A DNA stretch of 64,000 nt from NCBI GenBank assembly GCA_965371355.1, contig CBDUYD010000001.1:1681-65680 (forward strand), read 5' to 3'. Of the stretch, positions 9,950 to 17,980 are shown one piece after another (within the stretch, counting starts at the first letter, position 1; every line of letters begins with the position of its first letter). A model generated the notes under the pieces. That model worked only from the letters and a program-made list of their open reading frames with translations. It did no database searches and had not been told where the DNA came from. The translations under genes and the position numbers were made by a program. Origin of the DNA: an uncultured Ilumatobacteraceae bacterium. GTDB lineage: Bacteria; Actinomycetota; Acidimicrobiia; Acidimicrobiales; Ilumatobacteraceae.

Positions 9950-11635
9950 TCAGTCACCGAGCGCGGCGAGCGCGGCGAAGTCCGGCGCACCCCAACCCGA
10001 GGCCTGGTCGAGACCGACGTGTGCCTCGCAGCAGTCGAGGTCGAACAAGCGGTTGCCGCCGATCGTGATGTCGCGGGCGACGATCGGGTCGCCCCCTCCG
10101 AGGTCCGCTTCGGCATAGATGAGCGGCGTCACGAGGCCCAGGCGGGGGAGGCCCGACTCGTCGCGCGCCTGGTTGACCAGGGCGAGTGCGCCAGAGGCGA
10201 TGGGCGTCGCCGCGGACGTGCCACCGAGCGCGGTCCAGCCGCACTCGTCGGGGCTCGGGCAGTACGACACCGCGTAGCCGGTGGACGAGTCGGCGAACAG
10301 CGCCACGTCCGGGTATGCCCGACCGTCTGCATCGACGAGTGAGTCCTGCCATCGCGGCCGGTCGTAGCGCTCGCTGACGCCGCCACCGCCGGCCCAGCTG
10401 GTGCCGTCGTTCCACACGGTCTCTGCGATGCCGCCACCCCCGACGTCGATCGACGTCCCGCCGACCGCCAGCACCCATGGGCTCGATGCAGGGAAGTGGG
10501 GATCCGCCGACGTGCTCGCGGGATAGCAACCCGCTGCGCCATGGTTGCCGGCCGCGCTCACCACGGTCGTCCCGACCGCGGCGGCGACGAGCAGGAAGTG
10601 CTCGAGGAGTTCGAGGAGGTGTTCCCGAATCTGACCTTCGCACCATCCCAGACTCGCGCTGAGCACGTCGGGTGGTCTTGCGCCGGTGTTCTGCGGGTCG
10701 GTCGCGGCGGCGATCGCGAACACCGGTGAAGCCAAGCCGTGCGCGGTCGTCTGGAACACGTCGATCCTGTCCAGACCGGGCGCGATCGTCGAGAGCAACT
10801 CGATGTCCATCGCCGCCTCGCCCGTCGGCGGGTGCGGCTGGCCCGACTCGACCAGGTGGAGTTCGGGTTCGACCGCGTCGAGACCGAAGCACGCCGTGTA
10901 ATCATCGATCGCCGCCTGGTCGAACGTCGAGACGGTGATCAGCGCCGCGCTGCGGCCCTCGCCGGTGAGCCCGCTCTCGTGCAACCGGTCGATGCCGTAG
11001 GCCGACATCACCGCCTCGAGATCGGCGGCGGCGATCGCCACGGCATCGTCGCATGGTTCCGCGATCGAGCCGGTCGAGCCCGAGTGGGGCACGACGACGA
11101 GGCTGGCAATGGTGGGTTCGACGACCGGCTCCTCGAACCCGATGATCTCCTGTGCGCCGGAGAGTCCGGACGGAACCGATGGCTCGCGCACCGCCTCGAT
11201 CAACTCTGTTCCCGAACCGTTCTCGAACACGGCGAACTCGGTGTCGAACATCTGCGATGCCTGGGCGACCGTCATCGGCGCGCTGATCAGTGTCCGCGAC
11301 GGGTCGATCGACGCTTCGACGCCGGCGTCGTCGAGGAACCCCAGTATCTCGTCGATCGTCGCGTCGTCGGCCCCGAAGCGCTCACCCACTTCGCGTGCGG
11401 TGATGAATTCGCCGTAAGAGGGAGCAACGGGATCGGACACCTCATCGACCAGTTGGGCGAGCCCTACGTCGTCACGCGGAAGGCCCAGCCCGACGAGCAA
11501 GACCGCATCCGGATCCGCCGCGACGACGGCGGCGCCGTCGGGACGGAGCGACTCGATGCTGTCGTCGGAGGTGCACGCGTTGGCCGCGGTGAGGGCGACG
11601 ACGCAGCCGGCCACGCTCAGGAATCGGGAGGTCAT
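9950..11635 (-). CDS. Secreted S53 (sedolisin/kumamolisin-like) serine peptidase, probable lipoprotein
   Basis: Signal/lipobox-like N-terminus MTSRFLSVAGCVVALTAANAC. Pro-kumamolisin-like prodomain. Acidic catalytic region GEAAMDIELL. Serine motif GGTSAATPIASGA. Confidence 0.8.
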   Translation of the reverse strand: MTSRFLSVAGCVVALTAANACTSDDSIESLRPDGAAVVAADPDAVLLVGLGLPRDDVGLAQLVDEVSDPVAPSYGEFITAREVGERFGADDATIDEILGFLDDAGVEASIDPSRTLISAPMTVAQASQMFDTEFAVFENGSGTELIEAVREPSVPSGLSGAQEIIGFEEPVVEPTIASLVVVPHSGSTGSIAEPCDDAVAIAAADLEAVMSAYGIDRLHESGLTGEGRSAALITVSTFDQAAIDDYTACFGLDAVEPELHLVESGQPHPPTGEAAMDIELLSTIAPGLDRIDVFQTTAHGLASPVFAIAAATDPQNTGARPPDVLSASLGWCEGQIREHLLELLEHFLLVAAAVGTTVVSAAGNHGAAGCYPASTSADPHFPASSPWVLAVGGTSIDVGGGGIAETVWNDGTSWAGGGGVSERYDRPRWQDSLVDADGRAYPDVALFADSSTGYAVSYCPSPDECGWTALGGTSAATPIASGALALVNQARDESGLPRLGLVTPLIYAEADLGGGDPIVARDITIGGNRLFDLDCCEAHVGLDQASGWGAPDFAALAALGD

Positions 11636-11764
11636 GACGCCCGGGTCGAGTGGTTCTCGGCGGTCGAGTCACGAATCATGATGGGGCGCCGTGCCGGTTC
11701 GGGTAGCCGTCACATCGGCCATCCTTGCCGACACGAACACCGAGGAACGATCGCTGTCCGCGAT

Positions 11765-11801
11765 GATCGCAGGCCGGCGCGATCTGCGCCCGCCTGCGAT
11801 C
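11765..11801. promoter_or_regulatory. Imperfect palindrome/hairpin in the divergent intergenic region
   Basis: GATCGCAGGC-c-GGCGC-gatct-GCGCC-c-GCCTGCGATC: 10 bp, a C.C mismatch, then 5 bp around a 5-nt loop. It lies 35 nt upstream of ATG 11836 and about 130 nt upstream of the S53 peptidase start. Confidence 0.5.
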
Positions 11802-11835
11802 TGTCCCGAGGTGCCACGCCGGGTACTCTGGGCCG

Positions 11836-12129
11836 ATGGAGATCGAGATCACCGATGACGCTCGGCGCGTACTCGAAAAGAAGGGCGGAACGATGTCGAT
11901 CGACCTCATCCGCCCGACCGGTTGAGGCAAGGTCGCCGAGGTGTCGGTCGACACCAACGTCAAGGGAAAGAACCTGCAGGCCTACCGCAAGCTCCGTCAC
12001 GGCCGCTATCAGATCCTGATCACGCCCGCCCTCGTCGGGATGGTCGACTCGATGCGCGTCGTCACCAAGGGCAAGCTCACCCGTTCCCTCAAGGTCGAGT
12101 TCACCCCCTCATCCACCTGCGCGTTCTGA
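11836..12129 (+). CDS. Candidate HesB/IscA-like selenoprotein (97 aa) with in-frame TGA at 11923-11925 read as Sec
   Basis: ATG 11836 and the listed 62-aa ORF (11941-12129) share one frame, interrupted only by TGA 11923-11925. G/C-ending codons number 23/29 before and 62/67 after the TGA by my count. A SECIS-like hairpin sits downstream. The peptide MEIEITDDARRVLEKKGGTMSIDLIRPTG-U-GKVAEV...TPSSTCAF resembles A-type carrier proteins. A pseudogene or sequencing error cannot be excluded. Confidence 0.5.
11940..11955 (+). promoter_or_regulatory. SECIS-like stem-loop GGUGUC-GGUC-GACACC
   Basis: 6-bp stem with a GGUC tetraloop starting 15 nt after the TGA. The remembered E. coli fdhF minimal SECIS is GGUUGCA-GGUC-UGCACC, with the same loop and the same GGU...CACC stem ends. 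The loop begins 21 nt after the UGA here versus 19 nt in fdhF. Confidence 0.5.
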
Positions 12130-12180
12130 TCTCGTGAGGATGTTGCGCCGCATGTGCGCAACATCCTCACGAGATCAGAA
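12124..12180. repeat. Perfect 25-bp inverted repeat with a 7-nt loop (hairpin / possible terminator)
   Basis: TTCTGATCTCGTGAGGATGTTGCGC-cgcatgt-GCGCAACATCCTCACGAGATCAGAA. The left arm contains the TGA stop of the 11836-12129 ORF. No U-tract follows. Locally lower GC than the surroundings. Confidence 0.85.
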
Positions 12181-12255
12181 CGGGAGGCAGGAGGTAGGAG
12201 GCAGGAGGGAGGACCGGCCGGGGAGGGAGATCGGGGGAGGGAGTAGCGTCGGGGG
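12181..12255 (+). other. Polypurine (AGGAGG-rich) tract containing a canonical G-quadruplex motif
   Basis: Almost pure G/A on the + strand: GGGAGGCAGGAGGTAGGAGGCAGGAGGGAGG...GGGGAGGGAGATCGGGGGAGGG. The G4-type motif GGGG-a-GGG-agatc-GGGGG-a-GGG is at 12220-12241. The tract ends at ATG 12256. Confidence 0.6.
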
Positions 12256-13536
12256 ATGGCCGACCTGCTGGCACTCTCCTCACGGATCATCGACGACGGG
12301 ATCATCGATCACGACACGGGTCCGGTCAATCGGATCACCAACGAGTTGTCCGAGGTGGCCGATGGGCTGGCGGTCGTCGAGAGCTTCAGCCACAGCGTCG
12401 TGATCGATGCCGGTGACGGTCTGGTCGCATTCGACGCCTCGCACGCGAGGACCGGGCGAGCGGTGGTCGAGGCGATTCAAGGGTGGTCGTCGATACCGGT
12501 GACGCACGTCGTCTACACGCACGGCCACGCCGACCACGTCGGCGGCAGTCCGGCGTTCGGTGCCGCCTACGGCGAGATCGAGGTGGTCGGACACCGCAAC
12601 GTCGCGACCAGGTTCGAGCGCTACCGGTACACCAACGACTGGAACGTACGGATCAACGCCCGCCAGTTCGGCGGCGTCCGCGGCGACTTCGGGATGGGCG
12701 GGCAGGCGGACTTCATCCCGACGGACACGCGGATGCCGACCCATACCGTCGATGACTCCGACACGCTGATGGTCGGCGATCATCGAATCGAGTTGCATCA
12801 TGCCCGCGGTGAGACCGACGACCATCTGTGGGGATGGGTACCCGCTCGCAAGTGGTTGTTCGTCGGCGATTTCGTGATCTGGAACTTCCCGAATGCCGGC
12901 AATCCGCAGAAGGTGCAGCGCTATCCGATCGAGTGGGCGGCCGCCTTGCGCGAAATGGTCGCGCAGGGGCCCGAGCTGTTGTTGCCCGCCCACGGCTTGC
13001 CCGTCGAGGGCCGCGACCGGATCGCGGGGATGCTCACCGACATCGCGGACGCGCTCGACGGGCTCGTCGCGGACGTCGTCGAGATGATGAACGCGGGCGA
13101 GGTGCTCGACACGATCGTCCACAGCGTGCGCGTGCCGGACGATCTGATCGGGAAGCCGTACCTGCTTCCGATGTACGACGAGCCCGAGTTCGTCGTGCGC
13201 AACATCTGGCGGTGGTTCGGTGGATGGTGGGACGGGGTTCCCAGCCGACTCAAGCCGGCCGCCGATGAAGTGCTCGCGGGCGAACTCGCCGAGATGGCCG
13301 GAGGCGCCCACCGCATGATCGAGCGGGCGTCGGCCATCGCCGAGAGCGGTGACTTCCGGCTCGCCTGCCATCTTGCCGACATCGCAGGATCGGCGGCGCC
13401 CGACGACAGGGGGATCCACCGCCAACGAGCCGTCATCTACCGGAATCGGCGCAAGCAGGAGACCTCGCTGATGAGTAAGGGGATCTTCGCCGGGGCCGCC
13501 CGCGAATCCGAGGCGATAGCCGACCCCGACGGCTGA
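12256..13536 (+). CDS. MBL-fold metallo-hydrolase, alkyl/aryl-sulfatase-like (MBL plus dimerisation domain, no SCP2 tail)
   Basis: Metallo-beta-lactamase motif YTHGHADHVGG. The C-terminal helical region resembles the alkyl-sulfatase dimerisation domain. 426 aa. Confidence 0.75.
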   Translation: MADLLALSSRIIDDGIIDHDTGPVNRITNELSEVADGLAVVESFSHSVVIDAGDGLVAFDASHARTGRAVVEAIQGWSSIPVTHVVYTHGHADHVGGSPAFGAAYGEIEVVGHRNVATRFERYRYTNDWNVRINARQFGGVRGDFGMGGQADFIPTDTRMPTHTVDDSDTLMVGDHRIELHHARGETDDHLWGWVPARKWLFVGDFVIWNFPNAGNPQKVQRYPIEWAAALREMVAQGPELLLPAHGLPVEGRDRIAGMLTDIADALDGLVADVVEMMNAGEVLDTIVHSVRVPDDLIGKPYLLPMYDEPEFVVRNIWRWFGGWWDGVPSRLKPAADEVLAGELAEMAGGAHRMIERASAIAESGDFRLACHLADIAGSAAPDDRGIHRQRAVIYRNRRKQETSLMSKGIFAGAARESEAIADPDG

Positions 13537-13542
13537 CGGCTG

Positions 13543-13643
13543 GCGGTTGTCGGTCACGCTGATGGCTGGTGGTCCGGTCTCCGTCTTCTGTGTGAGCAAA
13601 TGCTGCAGATCTCGCGGTTGTCGGTCACGCTGACGGCTGGTGG
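13543..13643 (+). repeat. Two 30-nt direct repeats (71-nt period) flanking a TTCTGTGTGAGCA box
   Basis: GCGGTTGTCGGTCACGCTGA(T/C)GGCTGGTGG at 13543-13572 and 13614-13643, with 1 mismatch. TTCTGTGTGAGCA at 13586-13598. GCAGATC at 13605-13611. Confidence 0.85.
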
Positions 13644-13656
13644 AGACCACCGTCAG
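13630..13656 (+). other. Stem-loop in the rplU 5' region
   Basis: CTGACGG (13630-13636) pairs with CCGTCAG (13650-13656). An inner TGGT/ACCA helix carries a GGAG loop, with one bulged C. Located 44 nt upstream of the rplU ATG. Confidence 0.5.
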
Positions 13657-13699
13657 CCGGTGGGAGGATCACGATCCGCCGCTAGCATCGGTGAACGCT

Positions 13700-14011
13700 A
13701 TGTACGCAGTAATCGCCTCAGGCGGCAAGCAGGAAAAGGTGGCCGAAGGCCAGCAGATTCGGGTCGAATTGCTCGACGCCGAGGAGGGCAGCGACGTCTC
13801 GCTGACCCCGGTGATGGTCGTCGACGGCGACACCGTGCTCGCGACGAGCGACGAGCTCGCCGGAGCCTCGGTGACAGGCCGGATCGTCGGGCGCACCACC
13901 GGACCCAAGATCAACGGGTTCACCTTCAAACGCCGCACCAACAACCATCGTCGCTACGGACACCGTCAGAAGTACCACGTGGTCGAGATCACCTCGATCG
14001 AGAAGGGCTGA
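13700..14011 (+). CDS. rplU: 50S ribosomal protein L21
   Basis: [18 protein letters not shown] is a canonical L21 N-terminus. Internal ATG of the listed ORF 13640-14011. Confidence 0.95.
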   Translation: MYAVIASGGKQEKVAEGQQIRVELLDAEEGSDVSLTPVMVVDGDTVLATSDELAGASVTGRIVGRTTGPKINGFTFKRRTNNHRRYGHRQKYHVVEITSIEKG

Positions 14012-14049
14012 GTCGGCGGCCGCCGACACTCACAGGAGAGGAACTGGTC

Positions 14050-14307
14050 ATGTCAAAGACAAAGGGTGGCGGGTCCACCCGCAACGGTCGCGATTCCAAC
14101 GCACAACGCCTCGGCGTCAAGGTCTTCGACGGCACCTCGATCACCGCCGGAACCATTCTGGTGCGCCAGCGCGGCACGAGGTTCCACCCGGGGATGAACG
14201 TCGGCAAGGGTAAGGACGACACCCTGTTCAGCCTGGTCGACGGCTCGGTCAAGTACGGACATCGCAAGGGCCGCAAGACGGTCGACGTGCTGACCGCCGA
14301 CGCCTGA
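14050..14307 (+). CDS. rpmA: 50S ribosomal protein L27
   Basis: [28 protein letters not shown] is a canonical L27 sequence. 85 aa. Internal ATG of ORF 13600-14307. Confidence 0.95.
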   Translation: MSKTKGGGSTRNGRDSNAQRLGVKVFDGTSITAGTILVRQRGTRFHPGMNVGKGKDDTLFSLVDGSVKYGHRKGRKTVDVLTADA

Positions 14308-14335
14308 TCGACGACGAATCGACCGCGGGTCGGGT

Positions 14336-15346
14336 TCAGTCCGACCGGTACTCGGCGACGTACTCGTCGAAGTCCCATCCCTCGAGGAACTTCGTCGCCG
14401 CGCTCCGCCCGCTCTCGTAGAGCTTGTCCTGGGTCTCGCGATCTAGATCGAAATCGACGGTTGACACCCCGAGATTGTCGATGAAGATCGTGCGGTCGAT
14501 CACCTCGGGCCTGCCGACGTGCTGTGCGTCGTGGAACCCGGTCATCGTCTTGATCATCGCCTTGACCTGGGCGACCGATCCATCGACGTCCTCACTTCCT
14601 TCGGGTGTCTTGTCCTCGACCCTGGCCGACAGTTTCAGCCCGAACGTGGGCCACCTCGGCGCGGCCCCGTCCTTGCGATCGAAGACGTCGATCGGGAAGT
14701 TCGACAGCATGCCGCCGTCGACGAGCGTGTGGCGCGCGGCCCGTCCTCTGGCTCCGGCCCTCCGCATGTAGAACGGTCGGAAGAAGAATGGGATCGCCAT
14801 CGAGGCCCGGACCGCGGACGCGACGCTGAAGTCGCCCGGATCGACCTGGTAGAGCCGCTCGAGATCCCACGGCAGCCGCACCAGCTCGTTGCGTCTGATG
14901 TCGGATGCCATCACCACGAGTCGGTGGCGCGCTTCGGGTGGTAGGGCCGACCCGTCGTCGGACTCGACCTCGAGCTGATCGAACGTGTCGACCCCCGCCT
15001 TCGACAGCAACTCGCGGAGGTAGTCGAGGAAATAGTCGCCCTCGTACACACCCTGCCGGAAGACGAGGCCGTAGGCGGTGCCGGCGGGGCCCGTGTACTT
15101 CTGGATCGCACTCTCGTCCATGAACTCGTTGAAGTCGGTTTCGAGCATGATCGCCCGAAGTTGCTCGGCGGGCACGCCGGCGGCGACGAGTGACCCCACG
15201 ATCGCTCCGGCCGAGGTGCCGGCTACCCGCGGGAACGCGTAGCCGTGCTCCTCCAACACCTTCAGCGCGCCGACGAGCGCAACGCCTTTGACACCGCCGC
15301 CCTCGAGCACCAGGTCGGCCTTCAGTGCTGGTCCGTTCTGAGCCAT
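14336..15346 (-). CDS. Patatin-like phospholipase
   Basis: Oxyanion GGGVKG, nucleophile elbow GTSAG (GxSxG) and catalytic DGG (LVDGGMLSNFP). Confidence 0.85.
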   Translation of the reverse strand: MAQNGPALKADLVLEGGGVKGVALVGALKVLEEHGYAFPRVAGTSAGAIVGSLVAAGVPAEQLRAIMLETDFNEFMDESAIQKYTGPAGTAYGLVFRQGVYEGDYFLDYLRELLSKAGVDTFDQLEVESDDGSALPPEARHRLVVMASDIRRNELVRLPWDLERLYQVDPGDFSVASAVRASMAIPFFFRPFYMRRAGARGRAARHTLVDGGMLSNFPIDVFDRKDGAAPRWPTFGLKLSARVEDKTPEGSEDVDGSVAQVKAMIKTMTGFHDAQHVGRPEVIDRTIFIDNLGVSTVDFDLDRETQDKLYESGRSAATKFLEGWDFDEYVAEYRSD

Positions 15347-15435
15347 CTCAAGATCCTCTCATCACTTCGCGCCGGGCGTCGCTACGCCGCCACGACCCTA
15401 GTTCGACGTCCGCCCGTCCGAGCGCGCCCGCGATC

Positions 15436-15478
15436 TGTGTCGGCGAAAGTCGATACGCCCCCGATATTCGCCGACACA
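15436..15478. terminator. 12-bp perfect hairpin downstream of pckG and upstream of the patatin gene
   Basis: TGTGTCGGCGAA (15436-15447) pairs with TTCGCCGACACA (15467-15478), 19-nt loop. No U-tract. It begins within a GCGATCTGTGTCGG box similar to other intergenic boxes in this window. Confidence 0.45.
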
Positions 15479-15522
15479 AACCGCAGGACCCGGTCTCATC
15501 GAGAGGCGCGGGCCGTTCGGAG

Positions 15523-17313
15523 TCAGGAGAGCCGGGTCTCGAGCGTGTCGACGGCGACGTCGAGCGATGCCGGGAGGCGGTCGCCGAAACGCGCGTAGTG
15601 CTCGCGGATCTGGGGGATCGCCTCGCGCCATCCGGCCTCGTCGACGCTGAGGAGTTCATCGAGATCGGCATCGGAGATGTCGAGGCCGTCGGTGTCGAGC
15701 GAGTCCCTCGTCGGCAGCTTGCCGATCGCCGTCTGGACCGCGTCGGTGGTGCCGGCGACACGCTCGAACACCCACTTGAGCACGCGGCTGTTCTCGCCGA
15801 ATCCCGGCCACAGGAAACGACCGTCGTCGTCGCGACGGAACCAGTTGACGAAGAAGATCTGCGGCAGCTTGGCCGGGTCGGTGTTCTTCGGCATCGACAG
15901 CCAATGCGCGAAGTAATCGGCGTAGTTGTAGCCGCAGAACGGCAGCATCGCCATCGGGTCGAAGCGGAGGTTGCCGACCGCGCCCTGCTGGGCGGCGGTG
16001 GTCTCCGACGCCATGATCGAACCGAGGAAGACGCCGTGCTCCCAGTCGTCGGCCTCGACGACGAGCGGAACCGTCGTACGGCGACGACCTCCGAACAGGA
16101 TCGCCGAGATCGGCACGCCTGCGGGGTCCTCCCACTCGGGCGCGATCGAGGGGCACTGCGCGGCGGGCGCGGTGAAGCGGGCATTGGGATGGGAGGCAGG
16201 GGTCTCGACCTCGGGTGTCCACGGGTTGCCGCGCCAGTCGGTGGCGTGCGCCGGGGGCGTGTCGGACATCCCCTCCCACCAGATGTCAGCGTCGTCGGTG
16301 AGGGCGGTGTTCGTGTAGATGCAGTTTCCCCACAAGGTGTCCATCGCGTTGGCGTTGGTGTCGTACCCGGTTCCCGGCGCGACACCGAAGAAGCCGGCCT
16401 CGGGGTTGATCGCGTAGAGCCGTCCGTCCTCGCCGAACTTCATCCAGCAGATGTCGTCGCCGATCGTCTCGGCCGTCCAGCCGGGGATGGTCGGGACGAG
16501 CATCGCGAGGTTCGTCTTGCCGCACGCCGAGGGGAACGCCGCAGCGATGTACTTCGACTCGCCGTCGGGGTTGGTCAGCTTGAGGATCAGCATGTGCTCG
16601 GCGAGCCAGCCGTCATCGCGCGCCATCACCGAGGCGATGCGCAGGGCGAAGCACTTCTTGCCGAGCAGGGCGTTGCCGCCGTATCCCGAACCGTACGACC
16701 AGATCTCGCGGGTCGCCGGGAAGTGCACGATGTACTTGTTCTCGGCGTCGCAGGGCCACGGCACGTCGGCCTCGCCCTCGGCGAGGGGAGCGCCGACGGA
16801 ATGCAGGCACGGAACCCAGTCGCCGTCGCCGAGGGCGTCGAGCGCGCCCTGTCCCATGCGGGTCATGATCCGCATCGAGGCGGCCACGTACGCCGAGTCG
16901 GTGAGTTGCACGCCGATGTGGGCGATCGGTGAGCCGAGCGGCCCCATCGAGAACGGCACGACGTACATCGTGCGGCCCTTCATGGCGCCGGTGTACAGAT
17001 CGATCATCTCCGCGCGCATCTCGTCGGGCGCACGCCAGTTGTTGTTCGGCCCGGCCTCGTCCTCGGTCTCGGAGCAGATGAACGTGCGGTCCTCGACGCG
17101 GGCGACATCGCCCGGATCGGAGTGCGCCCAGTAGCTGTTGGGGCGCTTGGCCTCGTCGAGCTTGGTGAAGGTGCCCGAAGCGACGAGTTGATCGCAGAGT
17201 TGCTCGTACTCTTCGGCGGAGCCGTCGCACCAGTAGATGTCGTCGGGCGTCATGATCGACGCCCATTCGTCGACCCAGTCGTGCAAGCGCTGATTCGTGC
17301 TCGTTCCGCTCAT
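15523..17313 (-). CDS. pckG: Phosphoenolpyruvate carboxykinase (GTP)
   Basis: 596 aa. GTP-PEPCK kinase-1a motif [13 protein letters not shown]. Family-typical length and N-terminal region. Confidence 0.95.
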   Translation of the reverse strand: MSGTSTNQRLHDWVDEWASIMTPDDIYWCDGSAEEYEQLCDQLVASGTFTKLDEAKRPNSYWAHSDPGDVARVEDRTFICSETEDEAGPNNNWRAPDEMRAEMIDLYTGAMKGRTMYVVPFSMGPLGSPIAHIGVQLTDSAYVAASMRIMTRMGQGALDALGDGDWVPCLHSVGAPLAEGEADVPWPCDAENKYIVHFPATREIWSYGSGYGGNALLGKKCFALRIASVMARDDGWLAEHMLILKLTNPDGESKYIAAAFPSACGKTNLAMLVPTIPGWTAETIGDDICWMKFGEDGRLYAINPEAGFFGVAPGTGYDTNANAMDTLWGNCIYTNTALTDDADIWWEGMSDTPPAHATDWRGNPWTPEVETPASHPNARFTAPAAQCPSIAPEWEDPAGVPISAILFGGRRRTTVPLVVEADDWEHGVFLGSIMASETTAAQQGAVGNLRFDPMAMLPFCGYNYADYFAHWLSMPKNTDPAKLPQIFFVNWFRRDDDGRFLWPGFGENSRVLKWVFERVAGTTDAVQTAIGKLPTRDSLDTDGLDISDADLDELLSVDEAGWREAIPQIREHYARFGDRLPASLDVAVDTLETRLS

Positions 17314-17396
17314 CTCGTACTCCTCATCGAGTTTGATTCCGCTGTTGCCGACAACCGTAGGACGGCGACGGAACCGGGGAAAAATGCGCGAGTCCG

Positions 17397-17618
17397 TCAG
17401 GCGGTCGTCGACCCCATGTCGACCTCGGAACCGAGGTGCAGATGGGTCGCGTGACCGGCGTCGTCGAGATCGAAGATCACCCGTTGGCCCTGTCGCAGCA
17501 TGCGGAACAACGAGCCCTCGAGTGCGTTGCGGGCGAGTTCGTACTCTTGCAGATCGGTATCGGTGACGACCGTTCCGTCACCCGTGGCCGGATCGTAGGC
17601 CTTGATGACGCCCTGCAT
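17397..17618 (-). CDS. Small conserved hypothetical protein (beta-rich, cold-shock-like size)
   Basis: 73-aa ORF with GC3-rich codons, co-directional with and 9 nt downstream of rpmB. No motif I can name. Confidence 0.5.
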   Translation of the reverse strand: MQGVIKAYDPATGDGTVVTDTDLQEYELARNALEGSLFRMLRQGQRVIFDLDDAGHATHLHLGSEVDMGSTTA

Positions 17619-17627
17619 GGAGCCCGC

Positions 17628-17819
17628 TCAGCCCGCCTTGACGATCTTGCCCGACTTGATGCAGCCGGTGCAGACGTTGACGCGCTTGGCGGAACCGTTG
17701 ACGTTGGCGCGCACACGCTGGATGTTGGGGTTCCAGCGACGTTTGGTCCGCCGGTGGGAGTGCGACACCGACATGCCCCACGAGGGGCCCTTGCCGCACA
17801 CTTCACACTTGGATGCCAT
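17628..17819 (-). CDS. rpmB: 50S ribosomal protein L28
   Basis: [34 protein letters not shown] is a canonical L28 sequence. Internal ATG (residue 93) of listed ORF 17628-18095. Confidence 0.9.
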   Translation of the reverse strand: MASKCEVCGKGPSWGMSVSHSHRRTKRRWNPNIQRVRANVNGSAKRVNVCTGCIKSGKIVKAG

Positions 17820-17980
17820 TGGATTCTCCTGCAACGGCGCCGGACTCTGCGGCGCGGACGACTTCGATATCGGTCCGATCGAGCGAGGGCGCTCGCCGGA
17901 ACAGCCATTGGAGGCTACCAAGCCTGCGGCGTGACACCACGGGCCGTTCGGTCGGGCGGCGGCCCCGGCGGAGAGGCCTC

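Noticed and set aside
12131-12173. CRP/GlxR-type site (GTGA ... TCAC) in the hairpins at 12131-12173, 15436-15478 and 49171-49211
   Set aside because: The TGTGA and TCACA-like halves are separated by 19-30 nt rather than the N6 spacer of CRP-family operators.
13543-13643. Possible CRISPR array
   Set aside because: Only two repeat copies with one 41-nt spacer-like interval, no cas genes in the window, and the repeat also recurs singly at 49268. It behaves as a dispersed repeat, not an array.
14336-15346. Patatin-like phospholipase as a CBASS-type or other defence effector
   Set aside because: No cyclase, no sensor or other defence partner, and no mobile-element signature nearby. Its neighbours are ribosomal protein genes and pckG. 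It is most simply a stand-alone lipase.
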